Below, piece by piece: positions 25,442 to 34,183 of a DNA stretch of 43,496 bases. This DNA comes from Actinomycetota bacterium (GTDB taxonomy: Bacteria; Actinomycetota; AC-67), in NCBI GenBank assembly GCA_035307625.1, contig DATGHY010000315.1:1-43496 (forward strand), in the 5' to 3' direction. A program made the position numbers and the translations under genes. The notes under the pieces are model-generated. The model did not search any database. It was not told the DNA's origin and worked only from the letters and a program-made list of their open reading frames with translations. Every line of letters starts with the position of its first letter. The stretch's first letter is position 1.

Positions 25442-28051
25442 GTGCCGAAGCCCCTCGTCATCGTCGAGTCCCCCGCCAAAGCGAAAACGATCGCCGGCAT
25501 CCTGGGGCGCGACTACGTCGTCGAATCCTCGATCGGTCATATCCGCGACCTGCCGCGCAACGCGAGCGAGGTTCCCTCCGCGCTGAAGTCCGAGCCGTGG
25601 TCCCGTATGGGCGTCGACATCGACAACGGCTTCAAGCCCATCTACGTCGTCACGCCGGACAAGCGCAAGCAAGTCTCGAAGCTGAAGTCTTTGCTCAAGG
25701 ACGCGAGCGAGCTCTATCTCGCAACAGACGAAGACCGCGAGGGGGAGTCGATCGCGTGGCACCTCACCGAGGTGCTAAACCCGCGCGTGCCGGTGAAGCG
25801 GATGGTCTTCCACGAGATCACGCGCCCCGCGATCCAATCGGCCGTGCAGAACCCGCGGGATCTGGATCGTCGCCTCGTCGACGCGCAAGAGGCGCGCCGC
25901 ATCCTCGACCGGCTCTACGGTTACGAGGTCTCGCCGGTGCTCTGGAAGAAGGTCATGCCGGGCCTGTCGGCAGGCCGCGTGCAGTCGGTCGCGACGCGGA
26001 TCCTCGTCGAGCGCGAGCGCGCGCGCATGCGATTCCGCTCGGCGTCTTACTGGGACATCGAAGGGACATTCGAAGCGGGGGGTGGCTTCTCTGCACAGCT
26101 GGTGTCACTCGACGGCGCGCGCCTCGCTACCGGCAAAGACTTCGATGAAGCAGGCGCGCTCAAGACCGCCGACATCACTCGTTTGGACGAGCAGGCTGCG
26201 CGCGACCTGGCGGCGTCGCTCCAGGGCTCCGACTTCAGCGTGCGCACCGTCGAAGAGAAGCCGTGGCGGCGCTCACCGGCTGCTCCCTTCATGACGTCGA
26301 CGCTGCAGCAGGACGCCGCGCGCAAGCTACGGTTCAGCGCGCACAGGACGATGCGCGTCGCGCAGACGTTGTACGAGAACGGCTACATCACGTACATGCG
26401 GACCGACTCGGTAACGCTGTCGGAGACGGCTGTTGCCGCCGCCCGTGCACAAGCGATCGAGATGTACGGCGCCGACTCCGTGCCCGATCACCCGCGGACG
26501 TACACGAGCCGCGTGAAGAACGCGCAGGAGGCACACGAAGCCATCCGCCCGGCCGGCGACACGTTCCGCACGCCGGACGACGTTCGCGACGAGCTGAGCG
26601 GCGACGAGTTCCGGTTGTACGACCTGATCTGGAAGCGAACGATCGCGTCCGAGATGGCAGATGCGCGCGGTCAAAGCGTTCAGGTGCGACTGGGCGCGAT
26701 CGCGGCCGACGGTCGCGATGCGGAGTTCGCCGCTGCCGGCAAGACGATCTCCTTCCCCGGCTTCTTGCGCGCGTACGTCGAGGGGGCCGACGACCCCGAG
26801 GCCGAGCTGGAGAACCAAGAGGTGATCCTGCCGCCATTGAGCGAGGGAACGACGCTGAGCGTCGTCGCGCTCGAGCCGAAAGGCCACGAAACCCAACCGC
26901 CTGCCCGGTACACGGAAGCGACGCTCGTCAAGGCTCTGGAAGAGATGGGGATCGGGCGGCCGTCGACCTACGCGTCGATCCTCGACACGATCGAGCATCG
27001 TGGCTATGTCTTCAAGAAGGGAACCGCCCTTGTGCCGTCGTTCACCGCATTCGCCGTCGTGACGCTGCTCGAGCAGCACTTCGGCAACTTGGTCGACTAC
27101 GAGTTCACCGCGCGCATGGAGGACGAGCTCGACAGCATCGCGAACGGCGACGAAGAGGCGAACCCGTACCTATCGCGTTTCTATTTCGGGAACGGCCAGG
27201 TCGGCTTGAAGGAGATGGTCACCGATCGCCTCGGCGACATCGACGCGCGCGACGTGAACTCGATCCCGATCGGCAACGACGCCGATGGCAACGAGATCGT
27301 GATCCGGGTCGGCCGGTACGGCCCGTACCTGCAGCGTGGCGAAGACCGCGCGAGCATCTCCGAGGACCTGCCGCCGGACGAGCTGACGATCGAGAAGGCC
27401 GGAGAGCTCTTGTCGGCGCCGAGCGGCGATCGCGAGCTCGGCAGGGATGCGGACGGCGCTCCGGTCATCGCGCGGGTCGGCCGCTATGGTCCGTACGTTC
27501 AGCTCGGCGACACCGATAGCAAGGAGAAGCCGAAGACGGCATCGCTGTTTAAGACGATGTCGCTGGAGACGATCACTCTCGACGACGCGCTGAAGTTGCT
27601 CGAGCTTCCTCGAACGGTCGGCATGGATCCGGCCGACGGGGAACCGATCGAGGCCCTGAACGGACGGTACGGCCCCTACATCAAGAAGGGGAGCGACAGC
27701 CGATCGCTGGAAAGCGAAGAGCAGCTCTTCACGATCACGCTGGACGAGGCCCTCGCGGTGCTCGCGCAGCCGAAGCGTCGCCGCGGCCAGCGAGCGGCCG
27801 CCGAGCCGTTGAAGGAGCTGGGCAACGATCCGTCATCCGGGAAGCCGATCGCGCTCAAGGAAGGGCGGTTCGGTCCCTACGTGACGGACGGCGACACGAA
27901 CGCGTCGCTCCGCAAGGAAGACAGCATCGAAGGCATCACGAACGAGCGCGCGGCCGAGCTGCTTGCGGAGCGCCGCGCGCGCGGCCCGGCCAAACCGCGC
28001 GCTCGACGCGGCACGGCGAAGAAGCCGGCGAAGCGGAAGCCGAAGGCGTAG
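25442..28051 (+). CDS. topA: DNA topoisomerase I (type IA), actinobacterial type
   Basis: Toprim motif LVIVESPAKAKTI and ATDEDREGE. Active-site region is YITYMRTDS. Four C-terminal [GR][YF]GPY repeats and a Lys-rich tail are present, with no Cys4 zinc fingers. GTG at 25442 was chosen; GTG at 25424 is an alternative. Confidence 0.97.
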   Translation: MPKPLVIVESPAKAKTIAGILGRDYVVESSIGHIRDLPRNASEVPSALKSEPWSRMGVDIDNGFKPIYVVTPDKRKQVSKLKSLLKDASELYLATDEDREGESIAWHLTEVLNPRVPVKRMVFHEITRPAIQSAVQNPRDLDRRLVDAQEARRILDRLYGYEVSPVLWKKVMPGLSAGRVQSVATRILVERERARMRFRSASYWDIEGTFEAGGGFSAQLVSLDGARLATGKDFDEAGALKTADITRLDEQAARDLAASLQGSDFSVRTVEEKPWRRSPAAPFMTSTLQQDAARKLRFSAHRTMRVAQTLYENGYITYMRTDSVTLSETAVAAARAQAIEMYGADSVPDHPRTYTSRVKNAQEAHEAIRPAGDTFRTPDDVRDELSGDEFRLYDLIWKRTIASEMADARGQSVQVRLGAIAADGRDAEFAAAGKTISFPGFLRAYVEGADDPEAELENQEVILPPLSEGTTLSVVALEPKGHETQPPARYTEATLVKALEEMGIGRPSTYASILDTIEHRGYVFKKGTALVPSFTAFAVVTLLEQHFGNLVDYEFTARMEDELDSIANGDEEANPYLSRFYFGNGQVGLKEMVTDRLGDIDARDVNSIPIGNDADGNEIVIRVGRYGPYLQRGEDRASISEDLPPDELTIEKAGELLSAPSGDRELGRDADGAPVIARVGRYGPYVQLGDTDSKEKPKTASLFKTMSLETITLDDALKLLELPRTVGMDPADGEPIEALNGRYGPYIKKGSDSRSLESEEQLFTITLDEALAVLAQPKRRRGQRAAAEPLKELGNDPSSGKPIALKEGRFGPYVTDGDTNASLRKEDSIEGITNERAAELLAERRARGPAKPRARRGTAKKPAKRKPKA

Positions 28052-28078
28052 CCCGGCCCTGATCTCTGGGAAAAAGAA

Positions 28079-28114
28079 GAGCCGGCTTCCGGGGGGACGC
28101 CGGGAAGCCGGCTC
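28079..28114. terminator. Bidirectional intrinsic terminator between topA and the convergent small gene
   Basis: GAGCCGGCTTCC...GGAAGCCGGCTC forms a 12-bp stem. On the minus strand it is followed by TTCTTTTTCC, and on the plus strand by GTTTGGG. Confidence 0.65.
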
Positions 28115-28132
28115 GTTTGGGAAAACTCTGTC

Positions 28133-28462
28133 TTAGGCCGCGGGCGAGCCGCTCAGGACTTCGAACCAGTTCGGGTCTTCAAGCAGCAGGTGCAGGTCGA
28201 GCAGGTCGTCGAGGTTCAGCGGCGGGCCGTCGTGCGTCTCGAGCATCTCCGCGGGGAGCTCCCACCGGAGCGGGGTCACGCCTTCGGCGATAAGCAGCTC
28301 GATCGCGCGTTCGTCGGCGGCCTTCTGGATGCGGTTGTGGCACATCGGGCACGTCAGGGCGTAGTAGGAAGCATCGGGGATATTGCAGACGGCGAGCTCG
28401 AAGTCCGCGGGCTTGCACTCAACGGCCCCGCACTCTGGGCAGTTCACTTCGATCCAGGTCAT
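28133..28462 (-). CDS. Small Cys4 zinc-ribbon protein, hypothetical
   Basis: CPEC...(26 aa)...CPMC sits at the N-terminus and the C-terminal half is acidic. I recognise no family. Confidence 0.55.
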   Translation of the reverse strand: MTWIEVNCPECGAVECKPADFELAVCNIPDASYYALTCPMCHNRIQKAADERAIELLIAEGVTPLRWELPAEMLETHDGPPLNLDDLLDLHLLLEDPNWFEVLSGSPAA

Positions 28463-28698
28463 TTACGTCCCCCTACACGGTACGGGCCACAGGGTCCGTT
28501 TGGCTGCATTGTCGAATGTGCCTGCATTCTCGGCGGCTGCCGCCCTGTCCGGTATGCGCTACCGGGATGGTTTTCGGTAGTCATCGGTGACTATTTCGCT
28601 ATGGGACAGATGTCCGAGGGCGAGCGTTTTCGCAGCGTGTGGCGTTGCGCCTTATCCACAGGAGGCGCGGGCCGGCGCGAGCGCCTGCTTCGGGTTCG

Positions 28699-30261
28699 CT
28701 AGTGGACGGCGACCGGTTCCGCGCCCGGGACGCTTTCCACGCGCTGCGGGGCCCCCGAGGGGATGAACCGCCACGAGACGATCGCAGCGACGATCAGGAA
28801 GAACGCCGCAACCATCAAAGCGATGTGGAACCCGTCCACGAAAGCCAGGTTGAACGCGTGCGTAACCTGGCCGGCTTTCTGGGGGGCGAGCGAAGCGAGA
28901 GAGGTTGGGTCGATCTGGCCGTGGCCACCGGATGTCACGATCGCCGCTCGCTGGGCGGCGGGGAGGCCGAGCGGAACCAGAAGCGTCGTCAGTGCGCTCT
29001 TCAGCTTGGTGGTCAGAAGGGTACCCAGGAGCGCGATCCCGAAGACACCCCCGACCTCGCGGGAGGTATTCGTCATCGCAGAGCCGAGGCCCGCACGCTG
29101 GGCGCCGACTGCGTTCATCACCGCCGCAGTCATGGGCGTCATCGTGATCCCCATCCCGAATCCCATCATCATGAAGATCGGGAAGATGTGTGAGAACGGC
29201 GTCGCGACCCCGATGCGGCTCAGCAAGAGCAAGCCGGTCCCGGCCAGCAACGGGCCGATCACCATCGGCCACCGAGAGCCGAACTTCGATGCGTAACGAC
29301 CGGCGAGCGGCGCCGCGATAACGATCATTCCGGTCAAGGGAAGGAACCGGAGACCGGCGGCGAAGGGCCCGTAGCCGCGGACGATCTGCATGTAGAGGCT
29401 CACGAAGAAGAACGTGCCGAACATGCCGAGTGAGATGGAGAACGCGACTGAGTTGCCGGCGGAGAACGCCGGGATACGGAAGAACTGGAGCGGCATCATC
29501 GGCTCGCGCGCGCGCTTCTCGTACTGCAAGAAGCTGATGAACAGGATCACTGCCGCGGCGAGCGCGGTGATGATCGACGGCGAGCCCCAGCCGTACTGGT
29601 TCACTTCGATGAGCGCGTACGTAAGGCTGAAAAGCGCACCGGTTCCGAGCAACAGCCCCGGCACGTCCAGGTGACGCGCTTGCTCGGATCGCGACTCGCG
29701 GATGATCCGCAAGCCCACGATGAACCCGAGGATCCCGATCGGGACGTTGATGAAGAAGACGGAAGCCCAGCCGACGTGCTGCACGAGGTAGCCGCCGAGC
29801 GTCGGACCGAGCGAGAGGGCGAGGCCCGAGACGCCGGCCCAGATCCCGATCGCCTTCGCGCGCTCGTGGGGCGGGAACGTCACAGTCAGGATCGACAGCG
29901 TTCCCGGCATCAGCAGCGCGCCGCCGATCCCTTGGAGACCCCGGAACGCGATCAGGTGGCTCGTCGTGCCCGAGAGGCCGCACATCAAGGAGAAGAAGGT
30001 GAAGACGCCCAAGCCGGTGAGGAACGTGCGCTTCCGGCCGTATCGGTCGCCCAGGATGCCGCCGGTGAGCATCAAGCTCGCGAACGCGAGGACGTATCCG
30101 TCGACGACCCACTGCAACCCGCTGATGCCGGCGTGGAGGTCTTTCGCGAGGCGGGGGAGTGCGACGTTGACGACCGTGTTGTCCAGCATCGCCATGAAGA
30201 GGGCGAAGCAGCAGGTGAGCAGAACCAGGATCTTCTCGCGCTTGTTGTCACCTTCGAACAT
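28699..30261 (-). CDS. MFS transporter, DHA2 (EmrB/QacA, 14-TMS) family
   Basis: Motifs are MLDNTVVNVALP, GDRYGRKR and LQGIGGALLMP. Many hydrophobic helices are spread over 520 aa. Confidence 0.9.
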   Translation of the reverse strand: MFEGDNKREKILVLLTCCFALFMAMLDNTVVNVALPRLAKDLHAGISGLQWVVDGYVLAFASLMLTGGILGDRYGRKRTFLTGLGVFTFFSLMCGLSGTTSHLIAFRGLQGIGGALLMPGTLSILTVTFPPHERAKAIGIWAGVSGLALSLGPTLGGYLVQHVGWASVFFINVPIGILGFIVGLRIIRESRSEQARHLDVPGLLLGTGALFSLTYALIEVNQYGWGSPSIITALAAAVILFISFLQYEKRAREPMMPLQFFRIPAFSAGNSVAFSISLGMFGTFFFVSLYMQIVRGYGPFAAGLRFLPLTGMIVIAAPLAGRYASKFGSRWPMVIGPLLAGTGLLLLSRIGVATPFSHIFPIFMMMGFGMGITMTPMTAAVMNAVGAQRAGLGSAMTNTSREVGGVFGIALLGTLLTTKLKSALTTLLVPLGLPAAQRAAIVTSGGHGQIDPTSLASLAPQKAGQVTHAFNLAFVDGFHIALMVAAFFLIVAAIVSWRFIPSGAPQRVESVPGAEPVAVH

Positions 30262-30264
30262 GGG

Positions 30265-30852
30265 CTACCTCGTCTCTAGCATCCGGCGCGCCGCGTCCAC
30301 GACGTGCGCCCTTCTTCGCTTCAACGCTTCCTTCGTGTAGGGATTCCCGCCGCAGATCATCCGGGCAGTCTGCGGTGCCGCGAACCAGATATGGATCAGC
30401 CCGATCAGAGAAACCAGCGTTTGGCGCGGGTCGAGCTCGGGGTCGACGGTTCCCGCCTGCTGCGCCTGTTCGAGGCGCTCCACATGCTGCTCGAACTTCT
30501 GCGCGCGCTCAGCCTCATTCGGGACTCTTTCGTCGCCGAAATCCAAGGCTTCCCACATGAGCATTCGGGGGAGCCACGGGTTCGCCGCGTAGAAGTCGAA
30601 GAATTCGCCGACGGCCTCTGCGAACGAATCGGGGTCTTCCTTGATCGACTGGAGGCCGGCCATCTTGCACTCGAGCACATGGCGGAACAGCGCTTCCTTA
30701 TCCCCGTAGTACTGGTAGAGGAGGGCCTTATTGCATTGGGCCTTGTCGGCGATGTCGTCGACGCGGGACCCGGCGAACCCTCGGGTGGCGAACTCCTCGA
30801 ACGCCGCTTCGAGGATGCGCTCTTTGGTCGCAGCCGCGTCCCTTGTCCCCAT
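30265..30852 (-). CDS. TetR/AcrR family transcriptional regulator
   Basis: The N-terminal HTH is KERILEAAFEEFATRGFAGSRVDDIADKAQCNKALLYQYYGDKEALF. Its stop lies 3 nt before the MFS start, so the two form an operon. Confidence 0.9.
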   Translation of the reverse strand: MGTRDAAATKERILEAAFEEFATRGFAGSRVDDIADKAQCNKALLYQYYGDKEALFRHVLECKMAGLQSIKEDPDSFAEAVGEFFDFYAANPWLPRMLMWEALDFGDERVPNEAERAQKFEQHVERLEQAQQAGTVDPELDPRQTLVSLIGLIHIWFAAPQTARMICGGNPYTKEALKRRRAHVVDAARRMLETR

Positions 30853-30866
30853 CGCAGAGCAATTCT

Positions 30867-30882
30867 AACTAACCGGTTAGTT
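30867..30882. promoter_or_regulatory. Candidate TetR operator (perfect 16-bp palindrome)
   Basis: AACTAACCGGTTAGTT lies 14 nt upstream of the TetR start codon. Confidence 0.5.
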
Positions 30883-30897
30883 CCGGGTCAATCGCTT

Positions 30898-31551
30898 TCA
30901 GTGGCCGACGGCGAGCAGCATCACCATGACGTAGTGACAGAGGGTCCCGCCGATGACCATCGAGTGCCAGACCTCGTGGTAGCCGAAGACGCGCGGGTTC
31001 GGATCCGGCCGATGCAAGATGAAAAACACAGCACCGACCGTGTACAGGATGCCCCCGGCGAAGAGCAGGACGGCCGACGCCGTGCTGAGGTTGTGCAAGA
31101 TCTCCGGCAGTGCGATCAGCGCCGTCCAGCCGAGCGCGATGTACAGGACCATCCCGAGCCGGTCCATCTTGTCGATGCGCGCGACCTTCAGCACGACCCC
31201 GACGAGTGCGACGCCCCACACGGTCGCGAGGATCGAGATGCGCCATGCATGGTGCAGCGCCAACAAGGCGAGCGGCGTGTAGCTGCCGGCGATCAAGATG
31301 AAGATCGATGAGTGGTCGAGCCTGCGCATGATGCGGCGCGCGCGCGGCGACCAGGGCAATCGGTGATACGAGGCGCTCACTCCGTACAGCGTGAGAACAC
31401 AGACGGAATAGATCGCTGCGGCCGTGCGCGCGAGCGCCGTCCGTCCGAGTGCGACGAGCGCCGTGCCCGCAGGGATCCACACGATGAAGGCGATCTGATG
31501 CAGGCGTCCGCGAAGGCGGGGCTTCTGCATCTCTGCAGCCGCAACGGTCAT
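30898..31551 (-). CDS. Hemolysin III / PAQR family membrane protein
   Basis: Seven hydrophobic segments. Motifs are RGRLHQ, ASASYH, LDHSSIF and HEVWH. Confidence 0.85.
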   Translation of the reverse strand: MTVAAAEMQKPRLRGRLHQIAFIVWIPAGTALVALGRTALARTAAAIYSVCVLTLYGVSASYHRLPWSPRARRIMRRLDHSSIFILIAGSYTPLALLALHHAWRISILATVWGVALVGVVLKVARIDKMDRLGMVLYIALGWTALIALPEILHNLSTASAVLLFAGGILYTVGAVFFILHRPDPNPRVFGYHEVWHSMVIGGTLCHYVMVMLLAVGH

Positions 31552-31662
31552 GCGAACAGTCTAGAGAGGTGCGCGCGCAACCTCGAATCCGTGCGAAAGT
31601 GCGCAACAGCCTGAGATTCCGTAGGTTTGACCATCCGACGGACGACCGGCGAGGGGGCAACC

Positions 31663-32547
31663 ATGGAGATCTTGAGAACACCCGATGAAAGCTTCTCGAA
31701 TCTCGCGGGGTACCCCTTCGAGCCGCACTACATCGAAGTCGACGGCGTGCGGATCCACTACGTCGATGAAGGGCCGGCGGATGCTCCGCCGATCCTGCTA
31801 CTGCACGGCGAGCCGAGCTGGAGCTACCTCTACCGCACGATGATCCCCGTCCTCACGGCGGCGGGGCATCGCTGCGTGGCACCCGATCTCGTCGGGTTCG
31901 GCCGCAGCGACAAACCGTCCGCGATGAGCGACTACTCCTATCAGCGACACGTGGACTGGATGCGCGCGGTGATCACGTCGCTCGATCTGAGGGATGCGGT
32001 CTTGTTCGGTCAGGACTGGGGCGGGCTGATCGGTCTTCGCCTCGCGGCGGAAGAGGAACACCGCTTCGCGCGCATCGCAGCAGCGAACACGTTCCTTCCG
32101 ACGGGCGATATCCCCGCCGGCGAAGCCTTCCTCGCGTGGAAGAACTACGCGGAAACGACCGACCGCTTCCATGTCGGCGGCATCGTGAAGGGCGGCTGCG
32201 TCACCGACGTGGCTCAAGCCACGATCGACGGGTACGACGCTCCGTTCCCGACCGAAGAGCTGAAGGCGGGTGCGCGCGCATTCCCGGGCCTCGTTCCGAT
32301 CACGCCCGACGATCCAGCATCCGAAGCCAATCGAGCAGCCTGGAAGGTGCTCGAGCAATGGGAGAAGCCCTTCCTGACGCTGTTCAGCGATTCGGACCCC
32401 ATCACGCGCGGCGGCGATCGATATTTCCAACGGGCCGTTCCGGGGTGCGCGGGGCAACCGCACGCGACGATCGAACGGGCCGGCCACTTCCTACAGGAGG
32501 ACAAAGGGCCGGAGCTCGCCGGGCATCTCGTCCGATGGTTACCCTGA
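31663..32547 (+). CDS. Haloalkane dehalogenase (HLD-I, DhlA/DhmA-like alpha/beta hydrolase)
   Basis: RTPDESFSNLAGYPFEPHY, HYVDEGP and LHGEPSWSYLYRTMIP are present. The nucleophile elbow is GQDWGG and the catalytic His lies in AGHFLQED. The protein is collinear with Xanthobacter DhlA as I remember it. Confidence 0.9.
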   Translation: MEILRTPDESFSNLAGYPFEPHYIEVDGVRIHYVDEGPADAPPILLLHGEPSWSYLYRTMIPVLTAAGHRCVAPDLVGFGRSDKPSAMSDYSYQRHVDWMRAVITSLDLRDAVLFGQDWGGLIGLRLAAEEEHRFARIAAANTFLPTGDIPAGEAFLAWKNYAETTDRFHVGGIVKGGCVTDVAQATIDGYDAPFPTEELKAGARAFPGLVPITPDDPASEANRAAWKVLEQWEKPFLTLFSDSDPITRGGDRYFQRAVPGCAGQPHATIERAGHFLQEDKGPELAGHLVRWLP

Positions 32548-32565
32548 GTGAACGAGGTGATGGCT

Positions 32566-33093
32566 ATGAAGCCGCTCGAAGGGAAAGAGATCCTGATCTT
32601 CGCAGGGCCCGACTACGAGGATATGGAGCTGCAGTACCCGAGGTACCGGCTGGCTGAAGCGGGCGCGCGCATCACGATCGCCGGGATCGGCGAGCAGACG
32701 TACCACGGGAAGAAGGGCATGCCCATCGACGTCGACGTCCAGGTGACGGATGTGCGCGCAGCCGATTTCGACGCATTGGTCATCCCCGGGGGGTACGCGC
32801 CCGACAAGATCCGACGGGTCGCGGAGGCGCTTGAGATCGTCCGCGAGATGAACGACCAGGGAAAGACGATCGGCTTCATCTGCCACGCGGGCTGGGTGCC
32901 GATCTCGGCCGGGGTGCTCAAGGGTCGCAGGATCACGTGCGTTTCGGCGATCAAGGACGACGTCGTGAACGCCGGCGCGGAGTACGTCAACGAGCCGGTG
33001 GTCGTCGACGGGAATTTCGTGACCTCGAGGACGCCGGAGGATCTTCCGGTTTGGCTCCCCGCCTTGATCGAGCGGATCGCAGCCCAGGGCTGA
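32566..33093 (+). CDS. DJ-1/PfpI family protein (type 1 glutamine amidotransferase-like)
   Basis: DALVIPGG is present and the nucleophile elbow is ICHAG. ATG at 32566 was chosen for its SD spacing; the track start is 32548. Confidence 0.9.
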   Translation: MKPLEGKEILIFAGPDYEDMELQYPRYRLAEAGARITIAGIGEQTYHGKKGMPIDVDVQVTDVRAADFDALVIPGGYAPDKIRRVAEALEIVREMNDQGKTIGFICHAGWVPISAGVLKGRRITCVSAIKDDVVNAGAEYVNEPVVVDGNFVTSRTPEDLPVWLPALIERIAAQG

Positions 33094-33106
33094 CCGAGCT
33101 GGGGCA

Positions 33107-33988
33107 GTGAACCGCCGGGCGTCGCTCGCGCTGCTCATTCTCATAGCCTGCACGGCGACCAGGCCCGGCGCAGGCACGCCGCCGCCTCCCTCCTCTTCGA
33201 GTACGTCCTCTTCGAGCACGCCGGCAGTTTCTGCGTCGTTCGTGTTCGCGGTGAAAGGCGACTGGGGAGCCGGCACAGTTGCGCAAGGTCAAGTAACGGA
33301 CGCGATGTGTGCGTTACGGCGAACGCTCAAGTTCAAGTACATCGTCACGACCGGCGACAACTTCTACACGCCTGACGGCAACGCAACGCAACAGAACTAC
33401 TACGGCCCCGAGCGATGCCTCTACTCGTACCCGGGCAACGTGTGGCGCGCTGCGTGGGGCAATCACGATGTCGCCGGACCGTCGACCGGAACAGTTCTCG
33501 GATCACCACAGCGGTACTACACGTGGAGCGTCGGTACGACGCAGTTCTTCATGCTCGATGCGAACCGAGCCGGTGATGCCGCGCAACGATCGTGGCTCGC
33601 GCGCGCGCTCAGCTCGTCTCGCGCGCGCGTCAAGATCGTGGTGTTCCATCAACCCGCATTCACGAGCGGCCTTCACACCGACAACACATCTGCGCAACGC
33701 AACTGGGTACCTCTTTTCGTTCGCTACCACGTGACGTTGGTGCTCACGGGACACAACCACGACTACGAACATCTGAAGGTGGGCGGTATCGATTACGTCG
33801 TGACCGGAGGAGGCGGGCAGACGTCGTATCCATGCCTGCGGGTCGAGCCGGGCGCGATCCGCTGCGTCTCCGCGTATCACTTCTTGATCGTTTCCGTGAG
33901 CTCTTCAGCCGTCGCCGTGCGAGCGGTCAGGGCATCAGGCGGAGAATTGGACGAATTTGAGATCAAGGTTCCGCCCGGCGTTCCCTGA
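33107..33988 (+). CDS. Metallophosphoesterase (calcineurin-like) lipoprotein
   Basis: Lipobox LILIAC. Motifs are GDWG, TGDNFY, WGNHD and GHNHDYE. Confidence 0.85.
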   Translation: MNRRASLALLILIACTATRPGAGTPPPPSSSSTSSSSTPAVSASFVFAVKGDWGAGTVAQGQVTDAMCALRRTLKFKYIVTTGDNFYTPDGNATQQNYYGPERCLYSYPGNVWRAAWGNHDVAGPSTGTVLGSPQRYYTWSVGTTQFFMLDANRAGDAAQRSWLARALSSSRARVKIVVFHQPAFTSGLHTDNTSAQRNWVPLFVRYHVTLVLTGHNHDYEHLKVGGIDYVVTGGGGQTSYPCLRVEPGAIRCVSAYHFLIVSVSSSAVAVRAVRASGGELDEFEIKVPPGVP

Positions 33989-34067
33989 AGGCACGTGACC
34001 TGCGGCGATGCGTTGTCTGTCCCGCCGCGGTTGCGACTCTTTTCCCGTTCTCTCCAGGATGTACGTA

Positions 34068-34097
34068 TTGACACCCTTCGCGGGACGAGGCTACATT
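34068..34097 (+). promoter_or_regulatory. Candidate sigma70-type promoter for the surface-protein gene
   Basis: TTGACA, an 18-nt spacer, then TACATT, about 90 nt upstream of the ATG at 34184. GGGGGAAG SD precedes the ATG. Confidence 0.35.
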
Positions 34098-34183
34098 CCG
34101 TGACAGAAAGTGTCGCAAACGGATTCTCTAGCAACACTGGGAACGTCCGGGCGCGACGGGGCATGCTTCCTAGGGGGAAGTAG

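Noticed and set aside
28652-30112. 486-aa alternative-frame ORF inside the MFS transporter gene
   Set aside because: The 520-aa frame (28699..30261) has the MFS/DHA2 motifs and hydrophobic periodicity. The alternative frame is Arg/Pro-rich.
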